A DNA stretch of 40,000 nt from Nostoc sp. MG11 (GTDB lineage: Bacteria > Cyanobacteriota > Cyanobacteriia > Cyanobacteriales > Nostocaceae), in assembly GCF_014904695.1 (NCBI RefSeq), contig NZ_JACXXN010000003.1:237405-277404 (forward strand). The letters are read 5' to 3'. The notes beneath the pieces are model-generated. The model made no database searches. It was not told where the DNA came from and worked only from the letters and a program-made list of their open reading frames with translations. The position numbers and the translations under genes are program-made. How positions within the stretch are numbered: position 1 is the first letter of the stretch; every line of letters starts with the position of its first letter. Positions 17,938-25,727 of the stretch are shown one piece after another.

Positions 17938-18341
17938 TGTTTGATAACCTCCTGTTTTGAATCAAAGGTAATCAGCTTTAAACGTCGATTTTTCAGCAAA
18001 AGTTTGCCAATGGGTTCTTCAAACAAATCATCGAAGACGTTGCTAGGTATTGCAAGATATAACGCCCGCTCTGGCTCCAACTCAGTCAATATATCTTGAT
18101 ATAAAACATACTGACCCAACGCTTTCTCTAAATCATCAACATCCGATCTTCCAGTAAAACTTTTAATCTCAACTGCAATCTTACATTCTGCTTTCTCTGC
18201 CGCTAATAACTGTCTAGCACCTAGATCAACGTACAAGTCTTTTTTACCAAACTTAAGAGTTAGTGGGTCATGAGTAATTGTCCATTTGTCCTTAATCAAA
18301 GCATTTTTGACATTATTGTGATAAATGTCTCTAGCTGGCAT
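17919..18341 (-). CDS. xisH: XisH family protein (endonuclease-like fold)
   Basis: 140 aa. 'MPARDIYHNNVKNALIKDKWTITHDP' is the typical XisH N-terminus. A D...E-x-K arrangement is present ('LYVDLGA ... AVEIKSF'). Confidence 0.85.
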   Translation of the reverse strand: MPARDIYHNNVKNALIKDKWTITHDPLTLKFGKKDLYVDLGARQLLAAEKAECKIAVEIKSFTGRSDVDDLEKALGQYVLYQDILTELEPERALYLAIPSNVFDDLFEEPIGKLLLKNRRLKLITFDSKQEVIKQWITPN

Positions 18342-18541
18342 ACAGGTGCAGTGTTAGATTCATATCCTCATTTTAGAAAGTTTCTACCTACTTTCAACGG
18401 TTTCAGAAATTTTGCTAGTTAACCAAGCTACTAAATCCAATGCTGCATCTACACCCGCCGTAGACATCGCTAAACTAAAGTCATAAGCAATAACAAGCTT
18501 TCTGAGTTCCGTAAACAAAACAGGGTAGCAGGAGGAATACG

Positions 18542-19486
18542 ATGAAAGCAGTCGTTATCCGGCGATATGGCTCGCCTGAAGTGTTGCAGTACGAAGACGT
18601 AGAGCAGCCGAAAATTAAACCTGAGCAATTACTTGTAAAAGTTCATGCCAGTAGCGTTAATCCCATTGATTGGAAAATCCGCAAAGGAATGTTGAGCTTG
18701 CTTACAGGGAACAAATTCCCGATGATTCTGGGGTTTGATTTGGCGGGAGAAGTAATAGCGGTTGGTAGTCAAGTCACACGTTTTCAGCCAGGAGATTCCA
18801 TTTATGGCAGTACTGGCTTCCCTGGAGGAGCTTATGCTGAATTTGCAGCTGTTTCAGAAAATTTGGTTGCGCCCAAACCAACAAACCTGACTTATGAAGA
18901 AGCGGCTGTTGTGCCCTTAGCTGCGCTCACGGCATTGCAAGCCTTGCGAGATCAAGGTAATATTCAAGCTGGACAAGCTGTCTTGGTTAATGGGGCTGCG
19001 GGTGGTGTGGGGATTTTTGCGGTGCAAATTGCCAAAGCTTTAGGGACACAGGTAACGGGAGTTTGCAGTACTAAAAATTTGGATTTTGTGAAATCTCTGG
19101 GAGCAGATCACCTCATCGACTATACGCGACAAGATTTTACTGAAGGTATAGCGCAGTACGATATTGTCTTTGATGTGGTTGGAAAGCGATCGCTCTCTAC
19201 TAGCAAACGAGTCCTCAAACCTAACGGAATTTATATCACAACTCTGCCAACGCCCGAAATCTTTGTGCAAGGTATATTAACAGCTTTTATTCCTGGTCAA
19301 AAAGCTAAATTTATCATTGAGCGGCCCAACACTCAAGACTTGGTTTATCTCAAAGATTTGATTGAGGCAGGTAAAATCCAGGTGGTGATTGATCGCACAT
19401 ATCCCTTAGCAGAACTAGCGGCTGCTCATACTTGTAGCGAAACTGAGCGTGCTGTGGGGAAGATTGCGATCGCAGTTGCGAGTTGA
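18542..19486 (+). CDS. MDR-superfamily NADPH:quinone oxidoreductase / zinc-type alcohol dehydrogenase-like
   Basis: 314 aa. Cofactor loop 'NGAAGGVGIFAVQIAK' and a GroES-like N-terminal domain. Confidence 0.85.
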   Translation: MKAVVIRRYGSPEVLQYEDVEQPKIKPEQLLVKVHASSVNPIDWKIRKGMLSLLTGNKFPMILGFDLAGEVIAVGSQVTRFQPGDSIYGSTGFPGGAYAEFAAVSENLVAPKPTNLTYEEAAVVPLAALTALQALRDQGNIQAGQAVLVNGAAGGVGIFAVQIAKALGTQVTGVCSTKNLDFVKSLGADHLIDYTRQDFTEGIAQYDIVFDVVGKRSLSTSKRVLKPNGIYITTLPTPEIFVQGILTAFIPGQKAKFIIERPNTQDLVYLKDLIEAGKIQVVIDRTYPLAELAAAHTCSETERAVGKIAIAVAS

Positions 19487-19496
19487 TAGGTTTGTT

Positions 19497-19529
19497 AGAT
19501 CCCCGACTTTTCAAACAAGTCGGGGATCT
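19497..19529. repeat. Perfect 13-bp inverted repeat hairpin (agatccccgactt / aagtcggggatct) with a 7-nt loop
   Basis: Read directly, 10 nt after the oxidoreductase stop. There is no U-tract. It looks like the common Nostoc dispersed hairpin family. Confidence 0.7.
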
Positions 19530-19630
19530 GGACACCGTGCAAGATGTTTCTGCAATAACTCTGAAATTTGGAAACATTACTCAACCTAGTGTATATACTC
19601 GTAGTCAAAATCTCAACAGACACGAGTATT

Positions 19631-22600
19631 ATGCTGGACTGGTTAGCTATTTGGGGTGTAACTCAGGCCGCCGGGTTGATTTTTAAACCCATTCTTGAAG
19701 ACTTAGCCAAGGATGCTGCTAAAGATTGGGCTAAAGATTTATTAAAAGGCATCCCTGGCAAGATTTTCCAGAAACTTAAGAAGGAAGATACAGAAATTGC
19801 TGCTGGTAAAGCATTAAAGGAATTTTTGCAACTCATGCAGCAGCAGCTAAAGGTTCGTTGCAAGCTTGGTGAGGTTGAAATTAAAGAGTACACCAAAGAC
19901 ATCAAGAAATTTATCAGCGAGAAGTCGGTTACAGAAATTCTGGGTAAGGCTTTTGATATTAATTGTGAATCTCTAGACGCTAAAACCCTAGAAGATAGTT
20001 GGAATAGGCTGCAATTAAAACCTCTGCCATCTAAGTTTAACTGGCAATCACTTACAGAACAGTATTTTACACAAGTCCAAGAACTTCTTTTAGATTCAAA
20101 AGAATTACACCATATCCTAGAATTACAAAAATTATCTGATATTGAAATAAATACAAAAGAAATTGCTGGTGTTGTTCCAGAGTTTAATTTAATTAAATAT
20201 CAAGAAGGAATCCGCGAACGGTATGGCAATCTTAAGTTAGATAGCTTAGATACTAGCGGCTATGCCTATAACGAACTGAAATTATGGCGAATTTTTACTG
20301 CTCAAAATGTTCGGGAAGCTCATCAGGTTTTAGCACAAGTTCACGAACTGCCTAAAGAACATCTGAGACGGCTGCGAGAATGTAACCAAATAGAAGCAGA
20401 AATTGAATTAGAAGAATTAGAACGCCACAAACGGGTTTATTTTGAACAGCCGATCCGTTCAGTATTAGATGTTATCAATGAAAAGCAAAATTATAAATAC
20501 ATCGTGATTTTGGGGGATCCTGGTTCAGGTAAGTCTACATTGTTGCAATTTCTGGCTTTGAATTGGGCAGAGTCCCCACTGGATAATGTTATCTCATTAC
20601 CGATTCCGTTGCTAATTGAGTTACGCACTTATATGCGACGACGGGAAGATAAAGAATGCAATAATTTTCTAGAATTCTTCCATAAGTGCAGTGGAACGAT
20701 TCATCATCTCAATCAGCATCAACTAGATGAACAACTAAAGGCGGGTAATGCTTTAGTGATGTTTGATGGTTTAGATGAGGTATTTGACTCTGGTAAACGA
20801 GAGGATGTAATTACAGATATTCATCGCTTTACTAATCAATATCAGAATGTGCAGGTGATTGTCACTTCTCGCATTATTGGCTATAAACCGCAACGATTGC
20901 GTGATGCTGAGTTTCGCCACTTCATATTACAAGATTTAGACTCAGAACAAATTCAGGATTTTATCAACCGTTGGCATGAGTTAACTTTTACCGATGCAGT
21001 TGATAAAGTTAGAAAACGGGAACGCCTGCAAAGAGGGATTGACACTTCCAAATCTATTGCAGAATTGGCGGGAAATCCTCTGCTGTTGACGATGATGGCA
21101 ATTCTTAATCGTAATCAGGAGCTACCAAGAGATAGAGCTACACTTTATGAACAAGCATCGCGGGTGTTGCTGCATCAATGGGATGTGGAACGCGCTTTGA
21201 TAGAAGATAAGAGGTTAGATCCCAAGACTATTGATTATAAAGATAAGCAAGCGATTCTGCGTCAGGTTGCTTATCTTATGCAAACTGGTGAGAAAGGTTT
21301 GGCAGGTAATTTGATTAATGAAAATGATTTAGTCAAAGTTCTGACTGATTATCTCAAAACCATAGAATTTGATAAACCTAGAGAAGTTGCGAAGGTGATG
21401 ATTAATCAACTGCGGACTCGCAACTTTATGTTATGTTTCTTGGGTGCGGATTATTATGCTTTTGTGCATCGGACATTTTTAGAATATTTCTGTGCTTGGG
21501 AGTTTGTCTGGCAGTTTAAAGAAACGCAAACGCTGACTATTGAGAAACTTAAGAATGAAGTTTTTGGCAAGCACTGGCAGGATGAAAGTTGGCATGAGGT
21601 CTTGCTACTAATTGCAGGAATGATTGAGCCAAGATTTGTTGGGGAGATTCTTGATTATTTAATGGCGCAAGATGGCGAAGAGGAAAAGTTTGTCAATCTC
21701 TTTTTAGCGGCTAAGTGTCTTGTAGAGGTGAGAAATCGCTCGGCGATCGCGTCAACGGCTAATAAATTACTTAATAAGCTTAAAGACTTAACTAAATATG
21801 ACCTCTGGTACTATTACGTCCTGTATCACGATGAAGAAGAAACTAAGCTAGTTCAGGAAATTCGCACTCAAGCAGTCACAGCAATTGCAACGACTTGGCA
21901 AGAATCTCTTGATACCAAAACCTGGCTCAAAGAACGCGCTACTCAAGATGATAGTGCCAGTGTGCGACGTGCAGCAGTTCAAGAATTAGCCCAGAATTTC
22001 AAAGATGACCTCGACACCAAAACCTGGCTCAAACAACGTGCTACCCATGATAATAGCTGGTATGTGCGACGTGTAGTAGTCCAAGAATTAGCCCAGAATT
22101 TCAAAGATGACCCCGATACCAAATCTATCCTCAAAGAACGTGCTACCCAGGATGATAATGCGAGTGTGCGACGTACAGCAGTAGAAGAATTAGCCCAGAA
22201 CTTCAAAGATGACCCCAACACCAAATCCATCCTTAAAGAACGTGCTACCCAAGATGATAACGAAGATGTGCGAGGTGTAGCAGTTCAAGAATTAGCCAAG
22301 AACTTCAAAGATGACCCTGATACCAAATCCATCCTCAAAGAACGCGTTACCAAAGATGATAGTCCAAGCGTACAACTTCTAGCAGTCCAAGAATTAGCCC
22401 AAAACTTCAAAGATGACCCCGACTCCAAAAACTGGCTCAAAGAACGCGCTACCAAGGATGATAACTGGTATGTGCGACGTGCAGCAGTCCTAGAATTAGC
22501 CCAGAACTTCAAAGATGACCCCGATATCAAATCCATCCTTAAAGAACGTGCTACCAAGGATGATAACGAAGATGTCCGAGGTGTAGCAGTCCAAGAATTA

Positions 22601-23560
22601 GCCCAAAACTTCAAAGATGACCCCGACACCAAAACCTGGCTCAAAGAACGTGCTACCAAGGATGATAGCCCAAGCGTGCAACTTCTAGCAGTCCAAGAAT
22701 TAGCCCAGAACTTCAAAGATGACCCCAACACCAAAACCTGGCTCAAAGAACGCGCTACCAAGGATGATAACTGGTATGTTCGACGTGTAGCAGTAGAAGA
22801 ATTAGCCCAGAACTTCAAAGATGACCCCGACACCAAATCCATTCTTAAAGAACGCGCTACCCAAGATGATGACAACGATGTGCGACGTACAGCAGTCCAA
22901 AAATTAGCTCAGAACTTCAAAGATGACCCCGATACCAAATCCATCCTCAAAGAACGCACTACCCAAGATGATAACGAAGATGTCCGAGGTTTAGCAGTCC
23001 AAAAATTAGCTCAGAACTTCAAAGATGACCCCGACACCAAATCCATCCTCAAAGCACTCGCTACCCAGGATGATAACAACTATGTGCGAGGTGCAGCAGT
23101 AGAAGAATTAGCCCAGAATTTCAAAGATGATCCCGACACCAAATCCATTCTCAAAGAACGTGCTACCAAGGATGATGACTATGTGCGAGGTACAGCAATA
23201 GAAGAATTAGCTCAAAATTTCAAAGATGATCCCGACACCAAATCCATCCTCAAAGAACGCGCTACCCAGGATGATAACTGGTATGTGCGACGTGTAGCAG
23301 TCGAAGAATTAGCTAAACACTTTAAATATTACGCTGATTTGTTTGACATCTACTACCAGTGCGCTGTTAATGACCCCTTTAAGGATAGCCATAATCCTCC
23401 CTATAACCCCAACCCTCGGCGCATTGCACTAGAGATAATTATCAAGCAATTTCCTCAGCATCCCCAGACTTTACCACTGTTGCGCGATCGCGCCAAAAAT
23501 GACCCAGATGAGCAAGTGCGGGAATTTGCTCAGAAGAAGTTAAAGCAGTTGGAAGGGTAA
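19631..23560 (+). CDS. NACHT-domain STAND NTPase with an unassigned N-terminal module and 14 C-terminal HEAT-like repeats
   Basis: Walker A 'ILGDPGSGKSTLL', Walker B 'LVMFDGLDEV' and 'VIVTSRIIGY'. The C-terminus carries the repeat motif 'DDxxxVRRxAVxELAQNFKDDPDTKSILKERA'. I prefer the ATG at 19631; the track ORF starts at a TTG at 19568. Confidence 0.85.
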   Translation: MLDWLAIWGVTQAAGLIFKPILEDLAKDAAKDWAKDLLKGIPGKIFQKLKKEDTEIAAGKALKEFLQLMQQQLKVRCKLGEVEIKEYTKDIKKFISEKSVTEILGKAFDINCESLDAKTLEDSWNRLQLKPLPSKFNWQSLTEQYFTQVQELLLDSKELHHILELQKLSDIEINTKEIAGVVPEFNLIKYQEGIRERYGNLKLDSLDTSGYAYNELKLWRIFTAQNVREAHQVLAQVHELPKEHLRRLRECNQIEAEIELEELERHKRVYFEQPIRSVLDVINEKQNYKYIVILGDPGSGKSTLLQFLALNWAESPLDNVISLPIPLLIELRTYMRRREDKECNNFLEFFHKCSGTIHHLNQHQLDEQLKAGNALVMFDGLDEVFDSGKREDVITDIHRFTNQYQNVQVIVTSRIIGYKPQRLRDAEFRHFILQDLDSEQIQDFINRWHELTFTDAVDKVRKRERLQRGIDTSKSIAELAGNPLLLTMMAILNRNQELPRDRATLYEQASRVLLHQWDVERALIEDKRLDPKTIDYKDKQAILRQVAYLMQTGEKGLAGNLINENDLVKVLTDYLKTIEFDKPREVAKVMINQLRTRNFMLCFLGADYYAFVHRTFLEYFCAWEFVWQFKETQTLTIEKLKNEVFGKHWQDESWHEVLLLIAGMIEPRFVGEILDYLMAQDGEEEKFVNLFLAAKCLVEVRNRSAIASTANKLLNKLKDLTKYDLWYYYVLYHDEEETKLVQEIRTQAVTAIATTWQESLDTKTWLKERATQDDSASVRRAAVQELAQNFKDDLDTKTWLKQRATHDNSWYVRRVVVQELAQNFKDDPDTKSILKERATQDDNASVRRTAVEELAQNFKDDPNTKSILKERATQDDNEDVRGVAVQELAKNFKDDPDTKSILKERVTKDDSPSVQLLAVQELAQNFKDDPDSKNWLKERATKDDNWYVRRAAVLELAQNFKDDPDIKSILKERATKDDNEDVRGVAVQELAQNFKDDPDTKTWLKERATKDDSPSVQLLAVQELAQNFKDDPNTKTWLKERATKDDNWYVRRVAVEELAQNFKDDPDTKSILKERATQDDDNDVRRTAVQKLAQNFKDDPDTKSILKERTTQDDNEDVRGLAVQKLAQNFKDDPDTKSILKALATQDDNNYVRGAAVEELAQNFKDDPDTKSILKERATKDDDYVRGTAIEELAQNFKDDPDTKSILKERATQDDNWYVRRVAVEELAKHFKYYADLFDIYYQCAVNDPFKDSHNPPYNPNPRRIALEIIIKQFPQHPQTLPLLRDRAKNDPDEQVREFAQKKLKQLEG
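21911..23335 (+). repeat. 14 tandem 102-bp (34-codon) intragenic repeats; one unit is 99 bp
   Basis: Unit starts fall at 21911, 22013, 22115 and so on every 102 bp to 23135, then at 23234, each checked against the D/N-T-K codons. Units are near-identical at the DNA level. Confidence 0.9.
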
Positions 23561-23575
23561 ATGTAAGCTGAGTAT

Positions 23576-23803
23576 ATGCCCAAGAAAATCAGAGAACTCA
23601 AAAGTTTATTGCTGCAAGCAGGGTTTACCTACCGTCCTGGTAAAGGTAGCCACACTAATTGGTATCATCCCCTCCTACCTGGGAGAGTTACTATATCAGG
23701 TAAAGACGGAAATGATGCTAAAGCTTACCAAGAGAAAGACGTTAATAATGCACTTCAAAGGTTAGAAGAAATTAAAAATACTCAAGAGGAAGAAAAAGAA
23801 TGA
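23576..23803 (+). CDS. hicA: HicA-family mRNA interferase toxin
   Basis: 75 aa. 'IRELKSLLLQAGFTYRPGKGSHTNWYHP' shows the YcfA/HicA pattern. Starts 15 nt after the NACHT gene stop. Confidence 0.85.
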   Translation: MPKKIRELKSLLLQAGFTYRPGKGSHTNWYHPLLPGRVTISGKDGNDAKAYQEKDVNNALQRLEEIKNTQEEEKE

Positions 23804-24024
23804 ATTCTCACTACACAATAATTATTCAATGGTCTGATGAAGATGAGTGTTTTGTTGTCAGTCTTCCTGAATGGGGAGAATTTTGTCACACTCACGGAGA
23901 GACTTATGAAGAAGCTTTTAAAAATGCTCAAGAAGTTTTAGAAATGCTGATTGAATCATCTTTGGCTGACGGTGAAACTCTACCAGAGCCTAAGACGCTA
24001 GGAAAGTCTTTGGAAGTTGCATAA
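23800..24024 (+). CDS. hicB: HicB-family antitoxin (short form, no obvious DNA-binding domain)
   Basis: 74 aa. 'YTIIIQWSDEDECFVVSLPEWGEFCHTHGETYEEAFKNAQE' matches the HicB/UPF0150 fold. Overlaps hicA by ATGA. Confidence 0.85.
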   Translation: MNSHYTIIIQWSDEDECFVVSLPEWGEFCHTHGETYEEAFKNAQEVLEMLIESSLADGETLPEPKTLGKSLEVA

Positions 24025-24049
24025 AATTTATGAATTAAAAAGGTAGCTT

Positions 24050-24304
24050 ATGAACACATCTGTAAATACAGCCAAAGTATACGACGAAATTATAGAGTTT
24101 ATTGCTGCTGGAACCACTCCCCAAAGTGTTATCGATTTTAAACTCTCGGATGCAGCTAAAGAGCGCTTAGAGGATCTCGTTTACCGAGCAAAAACTGAAG
24201 GTCTGACAGGAAGTAACCAGCAAGAGTTAGATCATTTCCTCACACTAGAGCATATTATGACATTAGCAAAAGCAAAAGCTCGTAAGTACATTAACCCTAA
24301 ATAA
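24050..24304 (+). CDS. Small helical protein, antitoxin-like partner of the downstream HNH nuclease
   Basis: 84 aa. The C-terminal 'QQELDHFLTLEHIMTLAKAKARKY' resembles small cyanobacterial antitoxin-type proteins. Its stop lies 9 nt before the HNH gene start. Confidence 0.5.
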   Translation: MNTSVNTAKVYDEIIEFIAAGTTPQSVIDFKLSDAAKERLEDLVYRAKTEGLTGSNQQELDHFLTLEHIMTLAKAKARKYINPK

Positions 24305-24313
24305 GTATCCAAA

Positions 24314-24757
24314 GTGTCTCGCTCATATATTAATGCAGAACTGCGGCGTTTAGTTGCCGATCGCGCTGATCATATTTGTGAATACTGTCTCGTCTCTGAA
24401 GTAGATAGATCATCGGGTTGTCAAGTTGACCATATCATCAGCGTGAAACACGGCGGCACTACAGTAGCAGATAATCTCTGCTATGCCTGTATTTTCTGTA
24501 ACTTGCAAAAAGGCACGGATTTGGGGTCAATTAATTGGCAAACTGGCGAACTTGTGCGGTTTTTTAACCCACGCAGAGACTTTTGGGGCGATCATTTTCG
24601 ACTAGATGAGGCTGTAATTCAGCATCAAACAGATATCGGTGAAGTGACTGCACGTATCCTAGATTTTAACAGCGATGAAAGGCTTCTAGAGCGACAAGCT
24701 TTGATTACATCTGATCAGTATCCCTCAGCATCAGCACTAAAACAGATCAATAAATAG
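24314..24757 (+). CDS. HNH endonuclease
   Basis: 147 aa with a GTG start. 'CEYC...CQVDHIISVKHGGTTVADNLCYACIFCNLQKG' gives the HNH catalytic core with two CxxC zinc pairs. Confidence 0.85.
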   Translation: MSRSYINAELRRLVADRADHICEYCLVSEVDRSSGCQVDHIISVKHGGTTVADNLCYACIFCNLQKGTDLGSINWQTGELVRFFNPRRDFWGDHFRLDEAVIQHQTDIGEVTARILDFNSDERLLERQALITSDQYPSASALKQINK

Positions 24758-24974
24758 ATTATGATGTGCGTAGGCGTAGCCCGTCGTAGACATCGCCTGA
24801 AGAACTTGTTTGGGATTATTAATTAGCTAGTTGTATTGCGGGGCGTTACGCTGCGCTAACACACTTTACTAAACTAAAAATTATAAGAAAATGTGCGATC
24901 GCGTTTACCAATGGGAATTCTATACTTAGCAACTATTGCTACTTCACCATTAGAACTACCAAGGTAAATATACA

Positions 24975-25451
24975 ATGGCTTATCAAAATATTGCAGCCTC
25001 CCTTTCACCACAAGATATCAAAGAAATTAAAGCTGCGCTACAGACAGTCCAACAAAAGATGCCCTTTTTGATTACTCTCAGCACTGAAGAACGGCGCAAG
25101 TTGGTGAAAATGGGCGATAAAAGCCTAGCTTTTGTGAACAATAGCATCACCGCTGCTCAGTCTAACCGCGAAATTCTTCCATCCACCTTTGACGTTGAGG
25201 AACTTGTTCAAGATTATCAATTAGCCGCTACGCTTACCGAACTTTTAATCTCAATGCAGCAACTTACCGAACAGGTAGATGATACCCTAATGGCAGTCGG
25301 TAGTGAAGCTATGACTAGCAGTTTGACTGTTTATGATTACGTGAAGACTGCATCGAAAAAGACTCCAGGCTTAAAGACTGTCGCTGAACAGTTGGGCGAA
25401 CGCTTTAAAGCTATTGGTAAAGGTAAATCTGCAAAAACTCCCGTCTCTTGA
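24975..25451 (+). CDS. Hypothetical helical protein, function unknown
   Basis: 158-aa ORF with an ATG start and ordinary codon texture. I recognise no motif. Confidence 0.55.
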   Translation: MAYQNIAASLSPQDIKEIKAALQTVQQKMPFLITLSTEERRKLVKMGDKSLAFVNNSITAAQSNREILPSTFDVEELVQDYQLAATLTELLISMQQLTEQVDDTLMAVGSEAMTSSLTVYDYVKTASKKTPGLKTVAEQLGERFKAIGKGKSAKTPVS

Positions 25452-25553
25452 TAAATTAATACTCGTCGGCGAGTCTCATATCATTTTCAAAAATCTTTGC
25501 AATAAATAAATTGGCTGTAGGGGTGTACACATGTAGGCCCCTATTTTGTTCAT

Positions 25554-25727
25554 CCACCTTTGAACTCCGTCGGCGAGTATTTGAACTGGATGAATCCACC
25601 TTTGAACTCCGTCGGCGAGTATTTGAACTGGATGAATCCACCTTTGAACTCCGTTGACGAGTATTTGAACTGGATGAATCCACCTTTGAACTCCGTCGGC
25701 GAGTATTTGAACTGGATGAATCCACCT
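25554..25727. repeat. Tandem array: 4 x 42 bp plus a 6-bp partial copy, with TTTGAACT phased every 21 bp
   Basis: Unit 'ccacctttgaactccgtcggcgagtatttgaactggatgaat' starts at 25554, 25596, 25638 and 25680. Copy 3 has 2 substitutions. The octamer tttgaact sits at unit positions 6-13 and 27-34. Confidence 0.9.

Noticed and set aside
21979-22875. Antisense ORFs (83 aa and 196 aa) opposite the NACHT-HEAT gene
   Set aside because: They lie entirely within the 102-bp repeat array and translate to repetitive 'SSLKFWANS' peptides. The frames are kept open by the repeat periodicity, a multiple of 3. The sense strand has a clear NACHT-HEAT reading frame.
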